From: Podarcis pityusensis
Taxonomy: Eukaryota
Length of the DNA stretch: 64,000 bases
Assembly: GCA_964106645.2 (NCBI GenBank)
Contig: OZ067039.1
Reading direction: 5' to 3' (one strand)
Shown here one piece after another: positions 13,624-25,499 of this stretch. Position 1 is the stretch's first letter. Each line of letters begins with the position of its first letter. Below the pieces are notes generated by a model that did not search any database, was not told where the DNA came from, and was given only the letters and a program-made list of their open reading frames with translations. A program made the translations under genes and the position numbers.

Positions 13624-15630
13624 CATCCTCCCAATAAAGTAACCAGTTACTGGCTTTTCTTGCATTTGCTCTGGAGGATTACACATTTTGAAGATTCCTT
13701 GTATAGCAGCAATTCTTGTTATTCCACAGTGGCTAGTTGTCTGTCTAGCTACTGTGAGCTGGGTGAGTAATGAAGGCAGGGGCTGTCAACTCTGTACAGT
13801 GTGACATCCCATGTTGAAAGAAAATAACTCCCCAGGAATGAGGTATAATTTGAGGTAGAGTAGCTCCGGAGTCTGTTTTCAATTCCAGTGTTAAGTTCTT
13901 GGAAAGAATGAAGTTAGAAAGAGAAGTAAAAAAGAGAATTGTTTCTAACATGTACAGAGTTCCTTTCTGTCACCACTTGCTGACCACAGCCAGCCTCATA
14001 TGTTTAGGATCAGGGTGACACTTACAAGTATTCTGAGACAGTCTTAAACCCCAGTTTGTAATTATTTTGGAAATTAAAGACATTCTGTGAACACCTACTG
14101 AATGTTTCAGTTAAATTCTACTGCCTGTCCAAAACAGTTCCATCCATCCTTCTACTTGGTTGATTTTCTCAGGGGCTTTTGCCTTTTTGGGAAGGCATCA
14201 TCATCATCATCATTATGAGCATTTAAATAAAATGAAGTTGTAGAGGGCTCTCTAAAATATAGTTGAATGCATATAGAGAACTTTGGTGCATTTGGAGTCA
14301 AAGGTGATCTGGTAGAGAGCTGTGATCAACTTATCAGGGCTTAATTTTTAATCATATTGCTGCTGGAGATAAAGTCTTCCTCGAAGGCAGGCCTCTTTCC
14401 CCTCTGATTCTAGACATGTGGGCACTGGGGTTAATAACTGAACAATGAGTGAAATGTATGTTTTCATACATTTCATACAATGAGTTTCATGTGAAGAGCA
14501 TAGATTCATGTATGATATTATGTTCTCCACATGTTCTAGTGATGAATCATGGCACTGAGAACATACCTGAGAGTTAAGCCTTAGCCAAACCTGGCTCAAG
14601 GCAAGTGCCATGTTATAGTTGTTTCATTAAAGGGTAACATGGTACTTGATCATAACAGGCATTTGTAGCTAATTTAGATATGTTACTATTCTGATTGTGA
14701 GATCTGCTTTCAAATTGGAGGCTAAATCTAAAATGGTGGTTGATGAGACATGTTGAAAGATGAAACACTCTGTCTAGAGAAAGTAGTTCATAGCTACCTG
14801 TGATGCTCAGAACTGTTTCACTTAGAGGTTAGGGTGTGTTAAATATATGACCCCAACCAAGATGTACAAAGGGGGAACTATGGACAAAGAGAGGATGCAG
14901 GATGGATTTGCAGAGCCTTGATGTCAACAACTGCAGCTGCAGTTAGGTGACCTTTTTCAGATACCTTCTTTTGGTGGTTCCAAAGGCCACTATGTGATGT
15001 CCCTGATAAACGACAGGGCTATTTTTGTGGTTTCTGCCTTGTAAATTATCACCTTCCTTCATAAGTTAGGCAGCATGCACTATTTCAAACAGTTTCCTGC
15101 CTTTTGTGGGGTGGGATGAGGGGAGAAAAACCACCCCCTGAGTTTCATTGAACCAAGGGCAAACTGAGAACACGTAGCTATGTTGCCATCCGGCAAACCG
15201 CATTTGGAAAATACTGAAATTCATATCTAACTCCTATTGTGAAAATGAGTGTGCCCTTGGCAGGCTCAGATGACCATAAAATCCACCTCTGCCTCCACAG
15301 AAAGCACTATGGACAGACCATAAACAGTGGCACAGTATCTTAAGAGGCATTTTGCTATTCAGCCCTGTCAGCAGAATGCACAAGGACTTGTGTTCTTCAA
15401 AAGGACTTGGTGGGTCACAAAGGACTCCTGTGTCTAATCCTTAGAGAGCTCACACCACTCTGTGGCTCTTGCCCTTTAAGATGCCAGCAGACCTCGCTGT
15501 CGCAGTTCTGTTTCTTTTTTGCCGCAGCAGAGAAATAAGGACGCCCTTCTAGATTGTGTGTGTCAGAATACAGATTGAAACCATTTGGAAGCAATTGCCC
15601 TCCACTCTGGTGGAGGGAACCGTTATAAGT

Positions 15631-15770
15631 CAGGAGTGGGGAAACCGTTTTCAGCCCAAGGGCCACATTTGCTTCTGGGAAACCTTTTGAGGGCCACATT
15701 CCAGTGGTGGTGGGTGGAGCTAGAGGCAAAAGTAGGTGGAACATTTGATGCAGATGTTACCTTTGTGTAG
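15631..15770 (+). mobile_element. hAT-type non-autonomous element fragment
   Basis: Starts CAGGAGTGGGGAAACC with repeated GGGCCACATT subterminal motifs; far end unclear. Confidence 0.4.
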
Positions 15771-15866
15771 TAGGCTAGTACCTACACACACTTACACACC
15801 CCTCTCTATCCATACAAGCAACAGGAACAACCAGAATTCAGAAACATCATAGCCTGACAAAAACAC

Positions 15867-15868
<2 letters not shown>

Positions 15869-15904
<36 letters not shown>
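15869..15904. repeat. (TG)18 microsatellite
   Basis: Read directly. Confidence 0.95.
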
Positions 15905-15906
<2 letters not shown>

Positions 15907-16111
15907 GCAGGACCAGTGAGAGACTTCCAAGGACCAGGTTTAACCTGCTGGTTGAAGGTTTATAACCCACAGTTTATAAAGTGAGGTTTTTTTTTTAAAT
16001 GGATCTTGTTGATCCCACTAAGTGACAAAGAAATCTAGGTGACACACTTGGCAATTCAAGCAAAGGAAACACCTCTTCTCTTCCCAGTAAGCAACACTTC
16101 ACAATTCATCA

Positions 16112-16243
16112 CAGAGATGGGAAACCCATGGCCCTCCAGATATGACTGGACTCCCAACCCCCATCAACCACAGACAGCATGGCCAGGGATGATGGCAGCT
16201 TGTAATCAAACCACATATGGAAGGCCACAGTTTCTCCACAGTG
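16112..16243. mobile_element. Palindromic ~130-bp hAT-type MITE; related copies near 1329, 31545, 38270, 46737, 47783, 50260 and 60481-61037
   Basis: Shared body GGCCCTCCAGAT...GGACT...CCCATCA...GGGATGATGG...TTGTA...GGAAGGCCACAG recurs through the window. Confidence 0.65.
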
Positions 16244-18139
16244 GATCTAACATCTTGACCAGAATGAAATGGAGAAAGGTTGCATTCTAGTAACTTGGCA
16301 CGTTTCACTGGCTGCCTAAAAGTACGCCCTTTCCCTTTTCTCTGTGCTTACAGAATACATTATGCTACCACAACTGCCCTTCCCTCATTTGTAAGCATTT
16401 CCCAGCTGTCCTGTTATATTTAAAGGAGATGGGGGGGAAGAGGTTATGACCCCTAAAGAAATCTAAAGAAGGCCAAATGCCCATTAGTACCAATAGAAAT
16501 GAATGCTCCTTAATAGCCGTTTGGCTAAAGACATTTCAACAGAATCTTCTTCAGTGCCTGATACTTCTAGTTAAAAATAAAACAACTTTTTGTCACATAG
16601 ATATACTATAGTTCTTAACCTTAACTCTTATTTTTTATAAGCTGAGCACCTTCAAGGATAAGCTAAAACATTTAAGTTATTTTGGGTCCATAAATGCCAG
16701 TTCCCACCTTTTCATAGATACTCGTCTTTCCTTTCTCTGAGAAGTTTGAGTCTGGTCTCATCAACGCTTAGCCACAGACCCTTCTTGGAGTGCCAGCAGT
16801 CATAAAAAGAGCACCTCTGAACACATGCAGAACTCTTTCCCCTCACTGCAGCAGAAGCTCGCAGTTCTGCCAGTGAGGTTTGAGTCCTTCTATGTCATTT
16901 TTTAAAAATGTGTGTATCAGCAGCTACATCTCTCATCTTTCTCCTCAGACCTCCTCCTTCAGTCTGCCCTAAACTCCTTTGCACTTTTTAATCTCATTTC
17001 AAACCTTTCCAGCCATTCTGCATTCCCATGACTAACACATATTCCCCTCTGGCTTTGAGTACGAAGCAGTCATGTCCTTTGGGCTCTGCCTCATATTAGC
17101 TCCTAGCACTTGTTTGTTTTGGGTCCTCTGCTTTCATGGATTACTCTGGACAAGGCATTTTGTGCTGTGCTGCGCTACAGCCAGCTTGACAGCTCCCGTG
17201 TTGCATTAGATGAATCCCGCTCTAATCTTTTGCTGTGAGTGCTGGCATAGCGGAGGTGCCCTCAGCTGTATTTTTCACTTCCTTCTCTCCCTGTGTCATT
17301 TCCCACTGTGACTCCTGTCTCGCAGCCCCTCCAGGCTGATGAGTGTCGGGCTCCACATCGAAGAGGTCGAGCTTCCAGCAACGAACAATTAATTCCCCTC
17401 CACTCCACCCTTTATCATCTCTGGGAGTTTGGGCCCTCCAGGAAAAGGAACCATGGGAGATTGGCAGTTACTCATCCACACCCAGCCACCAGCAGCGCAA
17501 TTTCTTTTGCAAGGGCTGCTTACGTGGGAGGAAAGAGGGATTTATCTTATTTACGACGGGTCAAACTCTGTCAACTGTTATTAAAGGCAGAAGCTGTTGC
17601 TGGTGAGCCTGATCCTGTTGACCTGGGAAGAAATGAATGAGCAAGACAAGCGGGGCATCCCTTTGTACCCCCAAGAGCTGAAGGAGTAAGCTTGAGAAAC
17701 AAGCAGACACTCATCAGTATGGAGACTCCAATGTCTGTAAACTGTGAGACCAAAAGGCTGTGAAACGAAAGAGAGTGGTAGACTTTGAAAAGCCCTTAGC
17801 CTTGAATGGCATATAAAAAAAAGAAAATGCCATTAAGCATTTATGTTTCTTTTACTCTGTCCATGTTGATGAGCGTTCATATTTATTGGCTGCTGGATGT
17901 GGAGTACCTGAAACAGGAAGGGGAGTCACAGCTAGCAGGAGTGGCATAGTGTCACATTTTTAAGCAGTTTGTAAGAGCTGTTGGCGGCATTCTTCCCCTA
18001 AAAAAGAAAAGAAAAAGCCAAATCCTTACTCCTGTCCCTTCAGGGAATGGGGAAAGGGGCCATAGCTGTATCCACAGGGTACAGGCATACAAAAGAGGAT
18101 GCGTTGGGATATATAGCTATATAGAGAGGTGAATGGTAT

Positions 18140-18220
18140 GTTGTTGTTGTTTAGTCATTTAGTCGTGTCCGACTCTTCATGACCTCATGGACCAGAACAC
18201 ACCAGGCACTCCTGTCTTCC
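18140..18220 (-). mobile_element. Bov-B/RTE LINE 3'-terminal fragment
   Basis: (CAA)n tail on - strand; GTCGTGTCCGACTC core, whose complement GAGTCGGACACGAC is in the Sauria SINE tail near 62130; 7-bp TSD ATGGTAT (18133-18139, 18221-18227). Confidence 0.8.
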
Positions 18221-21200
18221 ATGGTATAGTGAATATTGTGAATGGTAGTAGTAGTGAATGGTATAGTGGCATGCAAAAACAAGCAGGTGTAACTGCTTGG
18301 AAGAACATATATAGTGATTTAATTCTTTTTCTTCTAAGCTGGGGCAGCATGTATGGCCTAAGTCTTTCAAAAAGACTCAACTCAGGGAAGAAATAGCAAG
18401 CAAGCAACCTTGGCAGATGTAATTCTAAACCTTATGTGGCTGAAGCAGTGATCAGTGCATGACTGTGGCTGTATGCACATTACCATTTACTCTGAATCCA
18501 GTGTCCTCCCACTGCTGGTTGGGGAAGCGGTGTTCACACACATCTATCCTTCATCTGTCCTGTTTTTTCTTGAGAAATACTGCATTTTGATGTGTTTCCC
18601 CCTAAAACAACTCTGATCCAAGTTGAGAAAAAGCACAACCTAGCTGTGTTTTAAGCTGTGAACACCTTATGTCTGCTCATGCTCAGTTGAACTTGCCCAA
18701 TGGGCAGCGGGGTGGGAGTAACAGCCTGATCACCTCCATTGTCTTTAACAGAAGTGTGATACGCAGCAATCAGCAGCTGAAGATTTTCATCACATTGTGT
18801 TAAATTTTTATTCCTCCTCAGCCAATTGCATGATGTTTGGAGAAGCCTCCTCCGAACCTGCTTCCTTCCTCTTTGGATACTGCCTCTGCGGTTCTTGGTT
18901 CTGGAGGGAAGCAGAACAGACAAAATGCCATTGGACTTGATGTTCTTATTGGCCCACTGCTCTGGGTGGAACAAACAGGCCTTGGCTTTTACTCAGCTTG
19001 TTTTCATGTGGCTTCCAAAGAGAAGTGGTTAAAGAGGGACCTCTGAATGTGGTGAGGATGCCAACACACTCCCCTTTTCAGTGCCTCTTGCTTACGTTTT
19101 GGGATGGGCTGGGGCCAGAGATGCATCCCACCCTTTGCATCCTACTATTCTTTTATGCATGTTAGATTAATCCTTGGAGCTATTTTAGGCAAGCCTTGGT
19201 CTGGCTAAATTGCAAGTTTGTCTGTGTCTTGTGGGTTTTGGCAGCGCCCACACAGGCTCTTAACCCTTTTTTTAATAGTTCCTCATTCATTGTCTCTCAA
19301 ATTTCTGCTGGGAACAAAAACAGATAGCAAGCAGCAGTAAGTGGAAGGTTTTTCTTGCTGCCTGTGGGAAAGTTAAAACATGCTCATGTGAAGTCATCCA
19401 GGAACGTTCTTCTTCATTTCCTAATTCCACAGATTCTTCATTTTTTAAAATAATTGCTGTTCAGTACTGAATTTCCCGAATTTCATTTTTTAAAAAAAAT
19501 TAAGACTTTTGCATGACAACGGAATGTGATTGGCTATTATAGCAAAATGATCTCCTAATTAAAAGCATGATTTGAGGAGGTTGAAGGTAGGGTGGGGGAG
19601 TGTTTGATGTTGAATAGATGAGCACGTGCTTTGAAGGCAGATGCTTACTGTGGAGAATTTCACCACTGAGTCTGTTCAGCTCTCCTTTACTCTGGTTCCC
19701 CCCATAGGTGAGCAGTGGAGAGCACAATCCTATGCATGTATCTGAGGCAAGCCTCTTATTGGTTCACTGGGGCTGACTCCCTTGTACATAAGATTGCAGC
19801 CTGAAAGTTCCTTTCATTCAATCACAGTTTTGGAATAATGGATTTCATGGGTTGTGCTTAACTAACATTTACTCAAAATAGGCCCATTAATAGCCATTAC
19901 TAACTTAGGTCTGTTAGGTCTACTCTGAGTAAATATTAGTATTCAGAAGCCTATTATGCAAGTTAACTGAGCTCATTCGCATGTTTTCACTTACAGAAAT
20001 TTTGGCAAGGGTTTTGATTGTGGACAAGACATGTAAGAGTTGTTTGGCATTATTTAGAAATAAGGGAAAGACAGGGGATGCTGAGCATGGGTAGAGAACT
20101 CCGATTCCTAAGGATACCTTTCCATGATCCCCTAAAAGGACACCCCACTTTTCACTTTTTAAAAATGTTCTTCTCTTGCAAACTCCTGTTCACTCAGAGA
20201 TCTGTTAACCACAGACCCCAAAAGTTGTGGATTAGCTTTTTGCACAGCGCAGAGCCCTCCCATCTTCTCAGCTGTTTCACGCAGGTGCAATTTTGCTAAA
20301 TCAGGGATGTCCTTTAAAATGAGGGACATCCGAGAAGAGACCTCAGCAGATGTGATGTAGAGGCTTTCCTATTTATCTCTGAAATAATATGGCCTGACAG
20401 CTTGCTTTTCAAACTGGAGACTGGCATCCTGTGCGCTCAGAATTAGTTCCAAATTCCGTTGCTTGCAGTATCCATGAACGTACATGCTGAAAATATGCAG
20501 ACCTGGCTAAGGAGATGACAGACGTGTGGAGTATGGGTAAGGGAGCGTTCTCATTAGTCCTTGGAATTGGCTGCTCCGGAAGAGGGAACAGCTGGGAAAG
20601 GCCTGGCCAGTGTCAGAGCCATTTCTGCTGTGTAGCTCCCAGCCCAGCATCACGAGTGTGGAGCCATGAGACTCTTTAGGAAAGGCTCCTTAGCACCAGG
20701 TGTTTCCTGTTTTTGAGCGGGGCAAAATTATTGCTGGATGACACACGGCTCCCTGTAGACGCCAAACATGTGACGTACCAGGATTGAGCAGGGTCTGTCT
20801 CAAAAAGCCAGTCAGCAAAATGTGTGCATGTTTTGGGAGAGAGGCTCTTAGCTCATGTCCTCCATTTGCCGTGCACCCACGTTTTGTATCTGCATGCTGG
20901 GTGTGTGCTTTCAGGCACTCTGTGTTTTGGGCTATGGTATTTAGGCATGTGCACTTAATCTGTTTGCCCAGGACGCCCCAGAATTAGTGAATTTGATTCC
21001 CAAGGAGGACAAAGAGCTATGTGGGTGTTATTTTCTGTATGTCAGTGAAATCATGGAATCTTGGGGGGAAAGTTAGTGCAACTCACCTTCTTGGAACCTC
21101 AAAACCCCAAGAGAACTTGAAACCTCAAGGTGTGGGTATGTATCTCCTGTACTGCTTTGACTTTGTGGTTTAATCCAGCGAGCAAAGCAAGTATTGTTCA

Positions 21201-22506
21201 AGGGTTAATGAGCTCCCATAAATAAGTTTGAGGTGTCCTGTTTTTGTGTAGTTGGAAACTGTTCCTGGAATAGACATACCCACTTCTGCTGTTCCTGCCT
21301 CTATTACAAGTTTGCTTACTGGAATTGGTGCTGGCAAGTTGGGCTGGGGGAAAGAGCTGGTCCGCCCCCTGTTGGAGTCTCTGGTGAATGTGTTTGCAGG
21401 CTCCTGAGCAAAGTTTCTGATCCTACCGCTTCAAAACATGTTATTCTCCACCCTTTCTCTGTTATTTAAAGCAGGGATGCCTCCCCCCCCCCAGGCCCAG
21501 TTTGAATCACCTGGGGATTGCATCAGGCTATTGTTGCCAAAGGGGTACCCTCCTGGGATGCAGGGCTGTTTTCTTGCCTGGTCCTGTTTATTTTTATTCT
21601 CTCCCTGTGCTCTGCAACCTGGCTTTGGGGAGGTCAGGGTTGTCCTCTTGAGAGCAGCAAGGGATGCTGTAGAGAGTTTTATGTGTCTGCTTTGCTGGGG
21701 TGCTGAACAGCCACTCACTGAAGGAGACTGTGAAGGTTATGCCATGACTCAGGTGCTAGCTGAGCTCTTGGCTGGGTCAGCAAATAAACCCAGCCTCTGT
21801 CAGGTGCAGCTGCAACCTTTCCATCATGCATGCCCCTTTGCCTCCAGAGATGGGGCTGATGCAGCCATTGGTTGCCAGTGATTAGTGGGGACCTTGCAGA
21901 TAAAGGAGCATGGGAGATACTAGTGAGTACAGTTAGCAGGGCTGGATGCTGCTCTGAGAAGTTCATCATGATTGATTATTGGCTTCATTGAAATCCTGGA
22001 GGTGATTTCTTTACACTAGGAGAGGGCCAGTTTTCTAGGTCAGGCATGCTGAGAGAGCTGCAGTCAGAGCTATCATTTGGTTTGCAAGGCTTCATCTGCC
22101 AGCTTGGTGCTCTGCAGCTTGGGCTTGTTTACTTATTTATTATTTCAGTTTGTGTCCCTCCCCCCTTCGTCAAGTGCTGATGTCAGGGCAGGTCACAGAA
22201 TAAAGTAAGGATATCCATTAATTTCACAAAACAGTAAAATCGCATAAAACAGGGAAAGCATCAAATGAAAGCATCGTGCAGCAATGCAGAAAGCAACCCC
22301 TTTACAGCTGGCAAATTGATTCAATCCCCAACAAAGGCTTGAGTGAACATATACTTTTTTACCTGGTGCTGAAAAATAAGCAACAATGATGCCAATCGCA
22401 CTACAAGGGGAAGGGAATTTCACTGCTGAAGTGCTATCATCTCACCTGACAAAACACCCTTTCCCCTCTATCTGGAATGGCATGAGGACTTAAAATGGGG
22501 ATAAAG

Positions 22507-22574
22507 GTAGTAGTAGTAGTAGTGGTGGTGGTGGTGGTGGTGGTGGTGGTGGTGGTGGTAGTAGTAGTAGTAGT
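22507..22574. repeat. Compound (GTA)n(GTG)n(GTA)n microsatellite at the tail of the adjacent L2 fragment
   Basis: Read directly; explains the poly-Val ORF 22495..22683. Confidence 0.9.
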
Positions 22575-22576
22575 TG

Positions 22577-24055
22577 TATACCACCCTTCATTTGTAGATC
22601 TCAGGGTGGTTCACAAAATAAAAACACACCAATATAAAAACAAAATAAAAACAAACCAAGAATCCCTCCCACAGCATATTTAAAAGGGCATCAGATGTTA
22701 ATCAGCCCAAGGCCTGGTTGAAGAAGAACCTTTTCACCTGGCACCTAAAAATGTATAATGAAGGAGCCAGCTGAAGCTCCCTGGGGAGAACATTGCAGAA
22801 AATGAGCATTCTCTCTCTCTCTCTCTCTTTTTTATGAAACAGCATTTATTAAACCAAGGATGAGAACCAAAGCATTTGCAAAATTATTTTCCAGTAGAAT
22901 ACTCACATAAACTTTTATGTATACATGGGGGGGGGGGGGGGCTGCTAGACCAATTTGTACACCAAACAAAACACAGAACAGGAATTCGACAACATGAATA
23001 TTCTTTGTTGTTTGTGGACTTCTGGTTATCTTCACAATTAATCTTTTGAAAATTGTCCCCAAATGTTGTAGCTAGAAATGAAAAGTTTTTGGCTAAAATT
23101 TTGCATAGTACCGGTCACGGTTTTGGAAATCTCTATGTGCATATTTTGCATCTAATCTGCTGTGAGGCACTCTGTCAACCGGCTCGTGACCTCAATGGTT
23201 CAAACACGATTCGAAGACTTCATCCACAGCTTTCTCGTCCATCTCTTTGCTGATGTTCCGAACAGCCAAGATGGAGCAAACAGCTCTGTCTTTTACGCAG
23301 GTCTGCTGATGCTGCTTCAATCCAAATTTAAATCGGATTATTTCATTTAGGAGGGAGCAATCACCACTAAGATTAACAGCTTGAATCTCTGAGCAAGCTA
23401 AATGCCTGATCTTATTGAACCAGTCCACATGTGCACGGCAGTGATCAAAAGCATGGAGAAGCTCATGTGCAACCACTCTGGTCATATGAGACTGGTGATG
23501 AATATTGTTTTGGCACAGTACAATCTGTGATGTTGAAGAATCAAATCCTCCACTGACACACCCATCACACTCTTCACATGAGAAGTGTCGATCTTTGAAA
23601 ACAGTGCAGCCAGTATTCTTCATAGCATCAAGTAGCAGTTTAGCATTTGGACTGCTTTCCAGGGCGATCTGCAGCATCAGCTGGTGAAGACGGCCTTATA
23701 GAGCATGGACTGCTGCTTTTTCCCGCCTCCGTGGCTCCTCTTGGGAAACAGGCCATACCCAAAGTTGTCATCCCACTCTCCGCTGGAGCTGCGGCTCCCG
23801 GGATCCTGCGGCTGCTCCGGAGGAGGCATCTCAGAAGAGCCTCCTTCAGCCATTCAAGCACGTCAGAAACAGCATGGCTTGGTAGGCCTCACCGGCCACC
23901 GTAGGTCACTCACCGTAGTGATCAAAAGGATCATTCTTGTGCTGCTGCCCTCAACCTCTTGTGGAGGAGGCCCACAAAGAAGGGCCTCAGTTGGGTATGG
24001 ATAGGTTCATATGAAGAGAGGTGATCCTTCAGGTATTGTGGTCCTGAGCCATGTT
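22577..24055 (-). mobile_element. L2-type LINE 3' fragment (22577-22812 and 23924-24055) interrupted by the ATP23 retrocopy
   Basis: Left part TATACCACCCTTCA...CTCAGGGTGGTTCACA...AAGGCCTGG...CTCCCTGGGGAGA; right part GGAGGAGGCCCACAAAGAAGGGCCTCAG...TCCTTCAGGTATT. Joined, they are collinear with uninterrupted related copies at ~33040-33250 and ~49490-49645. Confidence 0.65.
22813..23923 (-). pseudogene. ATP23: Processed pseudogene (retrocopy) of mitochondrial inner membrane protease ATP23 (peptidase M76)
   Basis: Intronless. ATG at 23853 (MAEGGSSEM...FGYGLFPKR...VFT), frameshift near 23681, then [20 protein letters not shown]...SGGFD...[13 protein letters not shown]...LACSEI (HEXXH motif). Premature TGA at 23194-23192; the C-terminus HEPVDRVPH...[15 protein letters not shown] continues to 23093. 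AATAAA at 22850-22845, A6+(GA)n tail at 22833-22813, degenerate 14-bp TSD. Confidence 0.95.
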
Positions 24056-24273
24056 AGCATCACTCCCAGTGCGCTAGGGTGCATTGGCTCTTCTTTTGAC
24101 CTTCGTGCATTTAGTGCAGACGTTTGAAGAGAGTTTCTGTGTGTGTTTGGTTGAGAACAGAAACCTTCTTTAGACTCCACACTCAACATTGTCACTATTG
24201 ACTCTGGTGGTCCTGTCGATGGGGTTTGTATCCACACCTGCCCAATGACGTTATGACTGGGTGTATACCAATA

Positions 24274-24552
24274 CAGTGGTGCCTCGCAAGACGAAATTAA
24301 TCCGTTCCGCGAGTCTCTTCGTCTTGCGGTTTTTTCGTCTTGCGAAGCACGGCTATTAGCGGCTTAGCGGCTATTAACGGCTTAGCGGCTTTAAGAAAAA
24401 GGAAACAAACTCGCAAGAACTCGCAAGACGTGTCGTCTTGCGAAGCAAGCCCATAGGGAAATTCGTCTTCCGGAACGACTCAAAAATCGCTAAACCCTTC
24501 CGTCTAGCGAGTTTTTTGTCTTGCGAGGCATTCGTCTTGCGGGGCACCACTG
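24274..24552. mobile_element. Tc1/mariner-type MITE (279 bp)
   Basis: TA on both sides; TIR CAGTGGTGCCTCGCAAGACGAA / TTCGTCTTGCGGGGCACCACTG (1 mismatch in 22); CpG-rich, so probably young. Confidence 0.9.
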
Positions 24553-25298
24553 TATTGCAATCTCCACTAACTTCTTCGTTCACTTAAGGCAGGACTTTAT
24601 GCTTTAATCTGTTTTATGATCTGTATTATTATTTTTTATATGTGAATTATGTAGCTGCTTGGGTATGCTCTGAATGCAGACTCTGAAATAACAGTACAGA
24701 AGTACGAAAGGCTTTTGTGAATAACCTCTTCAGAAATACCTAGTGTTTACTTGAGTTCATCTGAACACAGCCATAATAGCGTATGAACTGTTTACATCTA
24801 TTCTGAGGTCTGAATATAATGTTTACATAGACTGGAGAAACTGAGTGACAGATCACTTTTAACATAGCACTTACCATGGTTTGGAACTATGAAAGGGCTT
24901 GAGGAAGTTGGGCAGGTAGTAGTCTAATACTGTACATGAATTCCCTTTGGCAAGGTATATAGAAGGCAAGGTATATGAAGAGGAGATTAATTGACAGAGA
25001 TTTTAGAACATCAGAATCTGAGGACAATCAACTGGAAGACTCATTAGCTAAGGTGGATTGATAGGAGCAAGAAGCTTATATTGAGAATATATCTGATTGG
25101 AGGTCAGCCTTTAGCCAATTCTTATCACCTGGTTGAGGAGCATATTTTATGAGTGCTCAATTTATTCTTGCAGAATTCTTATGTGTGGGGTAAAGTCTTT
25201 GTGCTGTGTGCTACTTGAGGCTATGATCTGTGGCTAATCATGACAATCTGAATTTGAAGATCTTAATGCTGACTGTTTTTCCTCCACCTCTCTCGCAG

Positions 25299-25499
25299 GA
25301 CTGCCCGCAGATCCTTCCATCTACCCAGATATATATCCCTGTGGGTGTGGTGAAGCCCATCACTTTGACTGCCAAAAACCTGCCACAGCCACAGTCTGGA
25401 CAGCGCAATTACGAGTGCATCTTCCATATCCCTGGCACATCCCAGCGTGTCACTGCCCTGCGCTTTAACAGCACCAGCATCCAGTGCCAAAACACTTCG
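25299..25499 (+). CDS. PLXNA1: Plexin A1 internal exon (IPT2): [23 protein letters not shown]...[12 protein letters not shown]
   Basis: tctcgcag acceptor, GTGAGT donor; 201 nt, phase 0 to 0. Confidence 0.97.

Noticed and set aside
22495-22683. Poly-valine ORF
   Set aside because: Translation of a GTA/GTG microsatellite.
23192-23677. Functional nested ATP23 gene
   Set aside because: Upstream frameshift, premature stop before the conserved C-terminus, no introns, polyA remnant and TSD.
24274-24552. CRISPR-like repeated CGTCTTGCG motifs
   Set aside because: Short, irregularly spaced, in both orientations and bounded by TIRs with TA; no cas genes; eukaryotic context.
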